Shown: positions 12,564 through 25,323 of the stretch, one piece after another | Layout of the letters: each line of letters opens with the position of its first letter | How positions within the stretch are numbered: position 1 is the stretch's first letter | DNA from: Adineta vaga | Taxonomy: Eukaryota; Animalia; Rotifera | Assembly: GCA_021613535.1 (NCBI GenBank) | Contig: CP075495.1 | Coordinates: forward strand, 14,942,001-15,006,000 | Direction: 5' to 3' | Length of the DNA stretch: 64,000 nucleotides | Notes under the pieces: model-generated | What the model saw: only the letters and a program-made list of their open reading frames with translations | What the model was told of the DNA's origin: nothing | Database searches by the model: none | Program-made: the position numbers and the translations under genes

Positions 12564-14442
12564 ATGACACAAAACGATGTAAAGGAAGCTAAAACATCAT
12601 TTTATTTACATTCGAAAACAAATCGTCGTTTATATCCACCAAATAAATATCCTTTAACACATTTACTTGATTATCAAACAGTTGCGAAACGTTGGTCAAA
12701 ACAATTAGTTTATGTTAAACATTTTAAATATACATTTATTTTACTTCTATTGTTTATTTTATTTAGTACAATATTTTTTCAATTACACATTTATGCTTAT
12801 AATTCATTTTTTGGTCCATTTCATTTGAATTTAAATGATTTTACTAAATATGTAGAAAATTATAAAAATGGTCAATCATGGTTTAAAAGAATTGAATATA
12901 TTCAAGTTGAATTAGGTGAAAATAATATTAGAAATCCACTCAATGCATATGAAACTATTCGAAGATATTCTGATCCAATAACACGTCGACATTATGTAGG
13001 AACATATAAAAAAGTCAAAACACCTCCTATATATGTTAAATTACCAACACGAGTACGAAAACATTTTCATTTACGACATCCCTTCGATTTTTCATTATAT
13101 TCAATTCGTACATTGAAATGTATTGTCAAGAAACTTCAAAGTGAATCTGAAAGAACATATCAAACATGGATTGAAAAATCTGAGTATATTAAATATATTA
13201 ATGAAGAATATTCAAAAAATGCTACTCGTTTCAATATGTTAGCTTTATCAAAATGTGGTATACTTATTGGATATTTATATTGTCCTATGTATGAAAAAGC
13301 ATTTCTTCCTACAAAAGAATATCCTTTTTATAAAACAGATATTGCATTTGATATGACACGTCAATATTATCCTTTTTATTCGTTAGTAATTGTTACTCTA
13401 ATATTTCTATGGTTACTTCTTAAAACATTATTTTATTTTATACTTTATTTGATTAATATTATTTATGTAAAAATTTGTTATAAATATGGTTTATTAGCAG
13501 TTCCTTTAGTTTTATCTGAAGATGTTCTTGAAGAACTTTGGTTATTAAATAATGATGATTCACCACATGAACAATTACTACAATTAGATGAAATGATACA
13601 AAACAGTCAATATGAACTTGAAAAACAATTGTTTATTATTAAAAATTCTTCTGAGCAATTGTTTGTTGTTTTACTTCGAGTTAATCTTCAACAAAATCAA
13701 TGTTTAGAAGATAATCTATCACCATTTATTATTTGTCCTGTTACTGATATAATCAAAATAGTAGGTGATGCTGGTATTTGTTATGGAGTAGATGCATCAT
13801 GGATACCATGGACACCAATTATGGGTATAGAAATTAGTCAATCACAATGGTTACATGATAATTTAATGGTTATCAGTGAACATTATAGAGAACAGTAAGT
13901 TATTTTCTTTATTTCTTTTCTTTTTTGATTATTTAATTTCATTTTCTTATAGATATGAATATCGTCGTGAACATGAGTATGAAGTTATAAATCAATTTAT
14001 GCGAAGTTGTTCTACGGGTCGGCAACGAACTGGACGGAAAACAGAAAGTGAAGCAAAATTTGAACGATTTCTTCATCATGAACAAACTTTACAAAACATA
14101 GAACGTGAACGACAATCATATTATGATCGTATGGTTAGTCCATTTCTTCCTGCTACACCAAAGTTTATTGCTGAATTTCGAATAAAAGAGAAAACTTTGG
14201 TTGATGCAACGATGGAAAATGAAAATTATATATGTGTTATATGTCAAGAGCCTCTCAGATTAGATGATTCATATGAGATATGGCCATGTCCATCTCCAAT
14301 TGCGCACATCTTTCATTATGATTGTATGTTAGATCACTTAAGAAATAAACATACTTGTCCAATGTGTCGACATGAAGTAGATGCTGCTGCTCCAATCGAA
14401 GATCATGGTCTTTTACAATTTTTAAGAAGAATTATGGTATAA
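12564..14442 (+). CDS. Transmembrane RING-H2 E3 ubiquitin ligase, 2 exons
   Basis: Two hydrophobic segments; intron 13895-13952; C-terminal CVIC..CPSPIAHIFHYDC..CPMC. Start ATG 12564 assumed. Confidence 0.8.
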
Positions 14443-15294
14443 GATTAATCTTTTTGTTGTTGTTGATTTTACAATTATCATGTACGAAGACATTTTCTTT
14501 ATTTCTGTTTAAGTTATATCATTGAAATAAACCAGATTATGTCTGCTAATGAAAACATAAAACTTGCGATGTGAGTGAGCATACAGAAAAGAGATTTCAA
14601 TTTACACCCAGACCCACACCCTGATATTTAATTGAAACGAAATTCACTGAATCTATTTACTTCCTTAACATGTATATGATAAATATAATTGAGCAATTAT
14701 TAAATGAAGTAAAACAAATCGAACAAAAATTAATTGAAAGTCAAACCAAAGTTGATTTACATGAACAAGTACCTATTATTTGTTTTTCTTGATTCTTAAA
14801 GCAAATTTCTCTTCTTTTAAAGGAATTCTTTGCATGTAAAAAATATACAGCGTCATTATTAAATAAAGAAAAACAATTAAATGAACGTTTACAGCTTTCT
14901 ATTGAGCGGAAGAACTTCATAAAAATCTATCTAACTTTTCTTGTTGTATATTAAATTTCAATTGTTTATCAATTTCTAAACTTTCTCATTTTCCAACAAA
15001 TTCTCGATTGAAATCTCCACGGGTTTCTCGTAACTGGCAAGTTCTAGAGAACCCATACGTATATAGATATGCATACAACACTTTTTGTCATCATAACACA
15101 CCATCTATTAACTGCACGAGAAATGAAATGATGGAAAGGAATACATACAAAGTATTTTATTGGTTCAGATTTAGCGATTGGTATCAAAGAAAGATAGATT
15201 ACTTCTAGTAATTTTGATGCGTAGTAAAGTTTTTATCTGTTTCTCATTAACACACACACACTTCATATAATTAAAATAATATTTTTGTTTTCAG

Positions 15295-16504
15295 ATTTCA
15301 ATGTTTCTCGCAATTAATGAGTGGTGTTTTTAAAGAAAAAGTTCCTTCAGTTTTATCTTTATGTTTGCCTAAGCAATGTTTAGCTTTTGATGAACTGCAT
15401 ACATGTACAACTCGAAAAGACGTTTCGAGTATTAAAATTCTGAATTCGAGTTTTAAACTTTTAAACTTTTGAACTAATAGAAAAGTCAAAGAAATTCCTG
15501 AAGAAAAGTTTGAATTACTTGATGCTCACTCATCTTCTGTTGCTGAACGTATTATATTCTTACTTGTCAATATAGTTTATTTCATTAATGAACATTATCC
15601 AATAAAAGAACAAGGAAAGAAAATAGATGGTTTTATTATCCAGTTCAATCATTCCGAAGGTCGGAAACGGCGCCTCAAACGACCAGAAACGGTCAGAAAA
15701 CGGCAATTTACTGCCTTAATTTTCACCTTATTTCATCGTAATCCGTTATTCCAGATTACGACTGCCGTTTCCGGCCGTTTCTTTCTACAAAACGACCATC
15801 TTTTTACATTGTATTTCTATACATTTCTGGGTTAACGGATTACGGCGAAGTATTAGCCCCGATTTTCGCCGTTTTTCAACCGTTTAAGACAGTTTACGAC
15901 GCCGTTTTGTTGGACCTGGGTAATGAAATGAAACGTATATCATTCGCTACACAATATCAAAATGACACAACAAATTGCTGATTTACAACAACGACTTGAA
16001 AATGTAGAAGATGAAAGAAAAGAAACGAAAAAACATCGTACAATTGCTGAAATATTAATACCAACTGTACATGAAATTCGAAATATTATGATCGATGAAC
16101 ACATTCCTGATGGTTATTATTGCGAAACAATTATCAGCGCATTATTATTACGTGCATATGGCCAAAACATATCATGGGAGATTTCAGATTTTAATTCAAA
16201 TTATCCTCGATCAAGATTTGATTTGAATCAATTCAATGTATTCGAATCAGTTATTGAACGTATTGCAGATAGTATGAGAATCAATCTTAACACGTTACTC
16301 GAATTATTATGCATTAAATTTAATCATAATCAAATGGAGCATGATTCAATTAGAAACTTTATTCGGGATTCTAATGGAAATTCTTCATTTAACTCATATC
16401 TAATTTCGATAAACATAACAGATGTATTTACAACAAATGAAAAAATATGTCTCGAAGTATTGTATCGACGCAATTTTCTTGAGTATTATAATTCAATTCA
16501 ATAA
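15295..16504 (+). pseudogene. Coiled-coil/helical protein gene interrupted by a MITE and a frameshift; 3' part 15962-16504 still open
   Basis: Frame KVKEIPEEKF..KIDGFI continues as NEMKRISFATQYQ once the 15639-15920 insertion and one TA are removed; a frameshift is then needed to join MTQQIADLQQR. Upstream exon structure unresolved. Confidence 0.55.
15639..15920. mobile_element. Non-autonomous TIR element (MITE), 282 bp, 2-bp TSD (TA)
   Basis: GC-richer island; ends TCCAGTTCAA..TTGGACCTGGG (imperfect TIR); many ACGG/CCGT motifs; same end type as 39023-39311. Confidence 0.75.
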
Positions 16505-17300
16505 ACGTCTTCAAATCATATCGTTTTTTTCTCAAATACATGTATCGAATAGATCATTAAAAAATAAAATATTTTTTTGTCGTTTTGTTAATATGTTTTT
16601 TTTTGGATAAATCATATTCAGTTCTTCATTTAAAAATAATTCTGAACATGATCTGTATTTCATAATATGAGAGTAGGAAAAAATCATATCAGAATATAAC
16701 ATAAATATATTTTTGAGTAGAAGAGTTTTCATTTAACGATCGTGAAAAGGAGAACTATGAATACTTCGAAGCTGTAAAATTACGTTCTGGAATAGAATGA
16801 TGTCTGTTATCCTATTATATGGATATAGTAAAAATCGATGTCGAAGATTATTTCAAATTCAAGTGATAAAATTGAGAATAAATATTATTTAATCGAGATG
16901 CTATTAACAGCAATATCTTGAAATACTATACTTTTCCTTTATTCATGGATCAATTTTATCTCTCTATCATTGAAAAAAACTAGTAAAACTTATCAACCTA
17001 CCTGTTAATGGAACGGTAAATATTAGGATGTGAGTGAGCGTATAAAGAAGACATATTTCAATTCACATACACAAACAATAACAAACAGTTTCTATGACAA
17101 AAACATTCGTTATGCTGAAGGTATAATTATGCGTGATTGGAATAAAACCCTTGCATAAAGTACAATACTTTAGTATCGAATTTTCAATAGAAGGGTTGTA
17201 CATATGCTTTTTGTTTAGCATTAGTTTTTCACGAAAATTACAATATGAATCACACTTGTATGAATAATCAATAAGAATAGCCAAGAATTTTTTGTTTTTC

Positions 17301-17507
17301 GAAAATCAAAATGAAAAATGCATAATTTGCTTAGAAGATTTGAGAGAAGGTGAATCATATAAAGCATGACCATGTATATCTCTAGTTCGACACATCTTTC
17401 ACTATGATTGTATGCTAAAGTATTTACAAAAAAATTACACTTGTCCAATATGTCGACATCCAGTGGAAGCTTCTCAATCAATAGGCAGTTTTCTAACTTT
17501 TATGTGA
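17301..17507 (+). pseudogene. RING-H2 relic, paralog of the 12564-14442 gene
   Basis: ENQNEKCIICLEDLREGESYKA*PCISLVRHIFHYDCMLKYLQKNYTCPICRHPVEA; in-frame TGA at 17367-17369 where the intact paralog has W; no upstream body seen. Confidence 0.8.
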
Positions 17508-17886
17508 GTAATTACGTAAGATTAGTTTTGTTATTTATCTTTTATAACATCAGAATAAATGTTATACATAACCAAGGAGCGAAAGCCATGTGATGTTTTT
17601 AATACATTTATGATTCATCAAATTGTATTCAGTCTTTTTTTCTGTGAATAAAATAGGTCATATAAGCAAATATTAGTTAAAATATATAAAAAGAAAATAG
17701 ATGAATAACATAAATGAAGAAAAAAGTGAAATGAAGCAGAATAGTCATGTAAAATAAGATTAAGTGTGAGCGAATGAAATGAGAAGAAGTTAGTTATTAT
17801 TTCATCAGATTGCGATGTTGATAATTTTGAAATATATAGAACGTGTCAAAACACGAATAGAGCCAACTAAAGAGATCATAACATGG

Positions 17887-18876
17887 TTAGTTCAAAGGTA
17901 TGATACGATTGCGATAAACATGTGAGCAAAGTATTCGTTTTAATTCTTTACGAAAATGTGAACTGGCTAATGTATAAATGTAAAGTGAAAATATTTTGTC
18001 AAAGTTACCGAGGAGCACAAACATACTGAACAGGAAACCTTCTACTGAGCGGCGCATGCTGCTTTTGACCAATGTTATTGAAACGAGCTGATAAATGCGG
18101 AAGATAATTATTGGTGATACACAAACGAACATGACACTTGCTTGCACTAATACTACGCGCAGTATGCTTCGATCCTTTTTCGTGATGACTCTTCTAGTGA
18201 TTCTAGAAACCTCCATATTCAAAATCACCCGTGGTCGTCGTGAAATACGTCGAACATTGAAGAATGTTCTAAGACCAAAGTAGGCTGATAATACCAATGG
18301 TGTGATGAATTGAATGATAAAAGTAATACAAACATCCGCAGTATCACATAGAGAGTTCTTATTTGAACAAGATGATGCAATTATCGTAAGACCTATTTCA
18401 TAACAATAGAGTTTTCCAAGATAAACAGCCAATACAACAAATGTTATCACAACGATAGATCTCCAGGTGGTACACATATTGCTCATGTTTCGTGTTTCGA
18501 CACTACTTGACGATGACAAATAACGATCCCAACAACGAGCAACCATAAACCATGTAGAACATGAAGGAGCCGTATTCGACACATAGGCATTCAATTTGCA
18601 CAGAAACAGAGAGCTGTAAGTTGGCATCAATTGAAATCCTGCAAGAGCACGCAACAAGATAATAGTATATATACCAAAGATGTCAGCTATTGTTGATGCC
18701 AAGAGATAAGCTATGCATGGAGACTGTCGCCATATAAGAGGGCGAGTGAATAGCAGAATGTTACAAACAATGCTTATAGTACCCGTTATAAGTAATATTA
18801 TACTTACTGTACGGAAAATATAAGATTTAACTACCTCAAATGACGCTAATGCGTTGTCGGATGTTGAGTTACTCAT
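17887..18876 (-). CDS. Orphan class A (rhodopsin-like) GPCR
   Basis: Seven hydrophobic segments, WDRY motif, YIYTLASSHFRKEL at TM7/helix 8; intronless. Confidence 0.85.
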   Translation of the reverse strand: MSNSTSDNALASFEVVKSYIFRTVSIILLITGTISIVCNILLFTRPLIWRQSPCIAYLLASTIADIFGIYTIILLRALAGFQLMPTYSSLFLCKLNAYVSNTAPSCSTWFMVARCWDRYLSSSSSVETRNMSNMCTTWRSIVVITFVVLAVYLGKLYCYEIGLTIIASSCSNKNSLCDTADVCITFIIQFITPLVLSAYFGLRTFFNVRRISRRPRVILNMEVSRITRRVITKKDRSILRVVLVQASVMFVCVSPIIIFRIYQLVSITLVKSSMRRSVEGFLFSMFVLLGNFDKIFSLYIYTLASSHFRKELKRILCSHVYRNRIIPLN

Positions 18877-20070
18877 TATTAATAGACTTGAAAAAAAGAA
18901 GATCTCTTTTGAAATATAGCTAAAATTGTTTTTTCATCAATCTATAATTTTTATAAATTTATTAAAGACTCGTTAGATGATAATACTGTCATCTAAATTA
19001 GAAAAAAATAACAACAAAGCGTTTCAGTGAAATCATGTCTAAAAGGGTTGCGAGAAGATGAATGACAAACGAGCGTCTATTTCTCATCATACTTAATCAT
19101 GAATCGTCCAATGATTTAAAAAAAACCTTAATTGTCAAAAGATCATGAGAGGATCCATAATAATTCTCATAAAGTAACATCGTTAGTTCACTTTTGAAAA
19201 ATCATAGAACTATCGAGGAACTGACGTATGATTTATATTTCTCAGTTGTTCAATACTATACAGGAAAGATCAACACTTTATCCTCTTTATATCGGAACTA
19301 ACTATTGAATATTTTTTGTTGAATGTAAACGTTCCCACTATCTCTTTTGTTTTTCCTTCTACATTAATATTTGCATTCAAATGTAAAATTCACTGTTCTA
19401 AAGAAAATTTGTGTAACTAGTATGAAAGAGGGGCTTTCATAAAACTAACATCGACTTTTTTTTAAACGAGAAAAAAACTATTATTAATAATAAACGTACC
19501 GCTCATTAACGTATGCACGAAGAATTTTTAGATACACAGGTCATACATGCGTGTAATTCTGCATTTATTTATATTCCTTGTATATCAATTTCCCTTTATG
19601 ATTTTTACTACAAAATATCCTGAAATTTCATTGTATTCTTTCTTTTATATTTCTGAAATCAATGGGAATATAATTATTTAAACAATTAATACTAATCGCA
19701 TACATATATCATTGAATCTGTATATATACACTTAAACTCATCGCTTTATATTATTCATTGTCTCTCTTGTGTGTACTACTGTACTTGTATGAGCATTGAA
19801 GTAAATAAGTTTAAAATTAATTGATGAGTACAGACATGTCCTAGTATAGCTAGAACTTCTACCCAAAAATATTATCCATCGTATCTTCATCAAACTTATC
19901 CAATAAGATAGATGTTTTTTCTTAGTGATGAGATATAGGAGACTTTTCTAAGAACCTTTAACATAGATTTTGTTTTTTTATTAACGAATTTCAAGAGTAA
20001 ATAAAGTTCAAGAAATTAATCACATATATGAAAATTAAAAAACAAACAGTGATACTAAATAGAAGTCTTA

Positions 20071-21982
20071 TTAAAGCCACACTTGAATAGAGTGATGATT
20101 TTTGCTTCGTGAAAATGTTTTTCCTCTTGTAGTAAGCCATTCAATAATATCGGCCCATGAGTTTATCGAAGCTTGATCATATACAAATGTAACGCTTGAC
20201 AAGTTTTTGACATATTCAAGAACTAATTGTATACATTTAGCATTTAATGTTCTTATTTTTAGATGTTTTACATGATGAGAGATCACTGAATGTAATATAT
20301 CCTCAGATATTACTGTTGAATCATCGTCATATGATATGCCAAGTGTTTGAACATTGTACGCTAGATCGAGCAAATTGTTCATTATATCTGATTCAAAGTA
20401 ATGATAATCCGAGAGAAATAACCAGATTTCATTGAGCTTTGAACAATCAACAAACGATGAAAGAAGATTAAATGGATATCTTGGCCAATCAATGTAGAGA
20501 ACCATCTGAGTCGTATAGTGACATATGTGACGAACTGGTCTATTTAACTAGCGAAAGAAAAAAGTAAACAAAATTTTAATTTCTACGCCTGTTTATTGAA
20601 TTTTATGTGTTATAAACTAATGAATTGCTCATTATTCTCACAAAATTAAGTCCTATTTTAATACCAATTCAATTGTATACAAAATACAGCTTCTAGTGTG
20701 CAAGATTAAATCATAGTTAGAACTCAACCTATTCTGTGTGACAACGTCAACCATAGTAGAAAAAAACTGAATAATTTAGTATAATATGACATACACGATA
20801 TGAACTAATAGCATTAAACATTGCTGATGGATTTACACGAAGGTTCCACTGATTGCGCGTTACAAATGTGCTGTCTTTGTTTGTTGTAGAAGTAGAATAT
20901 GAGAAAATATCTGCGAAGGAATTGTTCGGAAAGTCAATACTTGAATCAGCAGGTGAATAACACATGATATCGGATCTTGTATCATTGTTAATATATTTAC
21001 AAGTCACATACCAATGTTTCTGTTCGAGCCAGAAAGATGTACGAAATGCATCAATAATTTGTTCTAGATTTTCAATATTTTCATATAGATAATTTTGAAT
21101 ATGAACAAAAAATTTAAACTTTTTAAGTAACGGTAATTTATGACAGATAAATTCTTCCCATTGAGATAAGCGTTCCAGAAAATAATCTGTCAAGGTCAAG
21201 TAATTGACTATATGAAGGTCTACAAGTGAAGGAGTAAGTGAAAGAAGAGATTCGAGCTGATCAATTTGCATATTCGAACTACGCAATCTTAGTGATGTTA
21301 ATCGTTGTAATGAATTTGGAAGAATAATCTGATTATTTCGCTCCATAACATAGTCATTTGATGAAAAAGTTCGAAGATTAGGTAAATGCTGAAGAATATC
21401 ACACAGTTGTTTATGAGTACAATGGTCAATAGTTAGTTGTTCTAATTTGTATAGATATGGCCATGATATTTCATAGATATTATGGAAAATAGTAGATAGA
21501 TAGAGTTTTTGAAGATTCGACATAGCAATTATTGTTCGTTGAAGATTGTTTGTACCATTAGAATTTGTTGTTCTCAATGACAATGATGTGAGCGTAGGAA
21601 TAGTCATAATACTATGCAATATTTGTTCAGGATAACATAAATCAAATCCAAAAATATCTAATGAACAGATCCGAGTAAGTTGCTGAATATCAATCAATGA
21701 AAAGATTAATCCAATTTGATCTGATTTAGTATATTTATTTGTAAGACTAAATGAAGCAATATTTTCGGGTTTAATGATTCGACATATTTGACGAATTTTA
21801 GCATTTGATGATGTACAATTAAATTGAATTTTATACCGATTGTAAGTTCGCGTAATTTGATTAAATCGTTTACAGACATTACGAAATGAAAATAGAATAT
21901 CTTTTGTATCGAGTCGATCAAGAATATGATAGACAACTTCGACAGGAAGTGTAACTAAAGACAAACAAGATTGAGTAGACAT
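20071..21982 (-). CDS. F-box/LRR-like protein, 2 exons
   Basis: LVTLPVEVVYHILDRL..FRNVCKRF F-box; LRR-like repeats; FRTSFWLEQKHW; second exon from about 20548 ending IQVWL. Confidence 0.8.
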
Positions 21983-22639
21983 TATCAAATTCAGATAATG
22001 AAATGACTTTCTTTTTATTACATAAAATGTAAAAAAATCCCATGAATCATGTTCTGTTCTTTCATAATTTGGTTTTTTTTTCTATATTGTGTCAGATGCG
22101 TGTAATTTTATATTTATCATATAAAAGGAGTTTAGATGAGAAAAGCAAGATATAACATATTTTATCATCGCCTTTCTAGATTTTCATTATTCGAAACACT
22201 TTAAAAATAATATCGAATGTACCTTTTATTTTATATGAAAACTTTGTTCAACACGTACATCGATTGAAAATGGTATTCTATTTGATAACATTTTCAATTG
22301 AAATCTGTTGAACCAGATACGAATTGTAATATATGTGGTATGACTTCGAATAGTAAAAATAATCTTTGTCTCAATGATCAGAGAACAGAGAAGTGAGAAA
22401 ACTACGAAAATGTTACTAAAAGTTTTGGATAACAAAATTAAAATAAAACAATAGGAGAGATCAATGATCTAGATATTTATTGACAATCAACAAACAGATT
22501 ATCTGACTCATTGAAACACATGTTTTGTGACAACATTTCTGTTAAGTAAAACACAGGGTGATGTTGTTTTTGGTAGACATGAGCATGACGAAATTTAAAT
22601 TGTCTTTTTATGAATTATAAAATAAATAAATTTACAAGA

Positions 22640-23080
22640 TTACACAGCATATTTTTTTGTCCACCATAATGCTATTTCATTGAATTTTTCTCGATCTTCT
22701 CGATAATATAAAGCAGCTCGTGCATTATATGGATCATCAGAATTACCATCAGTTAACAAAGAACGTATTCCCGATAAACAGCTTTCTATAGACCATGATG
22801 AATTCCATTGTGATCGTAAGATGTCAATACAAATTGCACCAGTCAAATGAATATTTGGATGATAGATTTTTGTTTTAAAACGAATATCTGGCGGATTAAA
22901 TGGAAAATCACGTGGAATTCGAATATCCAGACGAAAACTTCCACCTTCATACGGACTATCTTCAGGACCGATGAGCAATGCTTGCCAATGGTATATGTCG
23001 TTGTTTATCAATGTGACACTACAATATTCTGAATTCTCTTCAATCGATTTAAATTCTTTCATAAGCCGTTTAGATCCCAT
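22640..23080 (-). CDS. Ubiquitin-conjugating enzyme E2, UBE2D/Ubc4-like, intronless and divergent
   Basis: KRLMKE..GPEDSPYEGG..FPFNPP..TKIYHPNI..GAICIDIL..W; catalytic Cys present. Confidence 0.92.
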   Translation of the reverse strand: MGSKRLMKEFKSIEENSEYCSVTLINNDIYHWQALLIGPEDSPYEGGSFRLDIRIPRDFPFNPPDIRFKTKIYHPNIHLTGAICIDILRSQWNSSWSIESCLSGIRSLLTDGNSDDPYNARAALYYREDREKFNEIALWWTKKYAV

Positions 23081-23697
23081 TTATGTTACTATGGAATAGA
23101 AGTTTTTTGACTGACAGATGATATTTAATTTTATACTCGGTGCTTTCTTGCATACTATTTATTGCGGATCAGCTGTGTAGTCATTACATTTGATGGGGCA
23201 ATAACAAATAATAGTTGCTATACATTGGTCGTTAGATGTCCTTTTCTATCTGTCATTGAAAATGTCGCAAATGATATACAATTAAAAATGTCTTCTTTGC
23301 ATGTCTGAAGAGAAATAAGGCGAGAAAAATCACAATAATTCTATTTTTCATAACATGTGCTTCTAACGCATTCTATAATTTCATAAACCATTGATATTTT
23401 TGATTTTAACTCAACTAATCAACGAGACAGCAAAATTCTTGTTAGAAATATAGAAAAACTTGAAATACTACTCATGAAGTAATGAATTACATGAATATTT
23501 TAACATGTACTTTTAGTTTTTCGTCATATAATTTACAACACTATCTTTCAGTAAACAACAACAAAACGTCATAATCTCGAAGCTTTCTTTCATTGTTTCG
23601 ATCACATATCTATTTTTATCATTCATCTATCCTCACATAACATAAACAAACCCAATCTGCGACGTTAACTATCGTGTCTTTCAGTACATCACCTATC

Positions 23698-23751
23698 TGA
23701 CGTCAGCACATATTCAACAGTGATCACACAGGTATTCATTATACTATATAT
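23698..23751 (+). promoter_or_regulatory. Putative promoter: CRE palindrome TGACGTCA plus TATA-like TATATATA (copied at 24965-25018)
   Basis: TGACGTCA at 23698-23705 and 24965-24972, 125 bp upstream of each ATG, with a TATA-like element downstream; retained in both copies. Confidence 0.5.
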
Positions 23752-23822
23752 ACTCAAAATCTTTCTTCTCATCTTCATTCACTCTCATACAACTTCAATC
23801 TTATCAATTCACTTATACAAAT

Positions 23823-24056
23823 ATGTTTACTCGACCAGTTGTCGCTGCTCCAATCAATAGTTGGAACAATGATTATCAAACTGTTGGTTATGGTAACTAT
23901 GGTTATGGTATCTATACACAAGACGTTGAAGTCCATCGAAATCTATTTACAGGACGTGTAAATGTTGAACGTGAAGTTGATTTTGTTCCTATTGGTCATC
24001 ACTTTCAACCCTATACTGGTTTTCCAGCTGCTATTCATCAACATTATCATACTTAA
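23823..24056 (+). CDS. 77-aa Gly/Tyr/His-rich micro-protein, copy 1
   Basis: Intact ORF, AATAAA downstream; differences from copy 2 are mostly synonymous. Confidence 0.85.
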   Translation: MFTRPVVAAPINSWNNDYQTVGYGNYGYGIYTQDVEVHRNLFTGRVNVEREVDFVPIGHHFQPYTGFPAAIHQHYHT

Positions 24057-25089
24057 AACAAGCTGCGATAGTTTTGATATAAATTGTACAGTTTAGTTTC
24101 TTTTTTTATTTATATGAAATAAAATAAAAGAGAGTCTTCCAAAAAACCTTGTTATTGTTCTTGACAAAAGTAGAGTATTAGATCATCTATGCTTGATTTT
24201 CGCATTCACGAACGATAATCTCAAATAAACGATTGACAATCTCGTAAAAAAATTCAATACTTCGTTGCCGGTGCTGAAAGATTTTTAATCCATGCAAGAC
24301 GAAAAACATATAGCTATTGATCGATATCGACAGGCTGTCTCGTAAATGAGATATGAATGGTAATCGTTAATACCCTGAATAGAATAGTACTATGTGATGG
24401 AGTGTAAAAATATCATGACGAAATGAATCCTACATAATCCGGTGATAATGATCATAAAGATGGTTCCAAGCGAACTACTTAAATAATATTCGATATTTCC
24501 ATCCACTATGAGGTCATTATCGAAACATATACTGCGAAGATTAGATAAAAGAATTTGCATGCCGAATCATGACACAGAACTCGAAAAAAACAATAATTTT
24601 TCCAATCCATCCTATCTAGACGACTAACATCAGAATTCGATTACTCATAATTAGACTGTATATGTACAACATTGTTCCACTTCAACTATTTGTATGTGAT
24701 GGAGTTTAAAAAGGGTGTGAAGTATGCTAGGCAATTGACTAACTAAATGCTGAACTATACGAACGGTTACATTTGTGTATTTAGTTCTGTTTTATGTAAC
24801 TTATAACACTATTTTTGAGTAAAAACATCAATACGTCATAATCTCGAAGCTTCCTCTCATTGTTTCGATCACATATCTATTTTTATCATTCATCTATCCT
24901 CACATAACATAAACAAACCCAATCTGCGACGTTAACTATCGTGTTTTTCAGTACATCACCTATCTGACGTCAGCACATATTCAACAGTGATCACACAGGT
25001 ATTCATTATACTATATATACTCAAAATCTTTCTTCTCATCTTCATTCACTCTCATACAACTTCAATCTTATCAATTCACTTATATAAAT

Positions 25090-25323
25090 ATGTTTACTCG
25101 ACCAGTTGTTGCTGCTCCAATCAATAGTTGGAACAATGATTATCAAACCGTTGGTTATGGTAACTATGGTTATGGTATCTATACACAAGACGTTGAAGTC
25201 CACCGAAATCCATTCACAGGACGTGTAAATGTTGAACGTGAGGTTGATTTTGTTCCTATTGGTCATCACTTTCAACCATATACTGGTTTTCCAGCTGCTA
25301 TTCATCAACATTATCATGTTTAA
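25090..25323 (+). CDS. 77-aa Gly/Tyr/His-rich micro-protein, copy 2
   Basis: Differs from copy 1 at 6 synonymous and 2 non-synonymous codons. Confidence 0.85.
   Translation: MFTRPVVAAPINSWNNDYQTVGYGNYGYGIYTQDVEVHRNPFTGRVNVEREVDFVPIGHHFQPYTGFPAAIHQHYHV

Noticed and set aside
14670-14954. Possible two-exon coiled-coil fragment (MYMINIIEQLLNEVKQIEQ..)
   Set aside because: Short, no recognisable domain, and could not be linked to neighbouring exons.
17367-17369. In-frame TGA here and at 38518 as possible recoding (Trp or Sec)
   Set aside because: Other genes use TGG for Trp and TGA as stop; both TGAs lie in sequences with other signs of decay.
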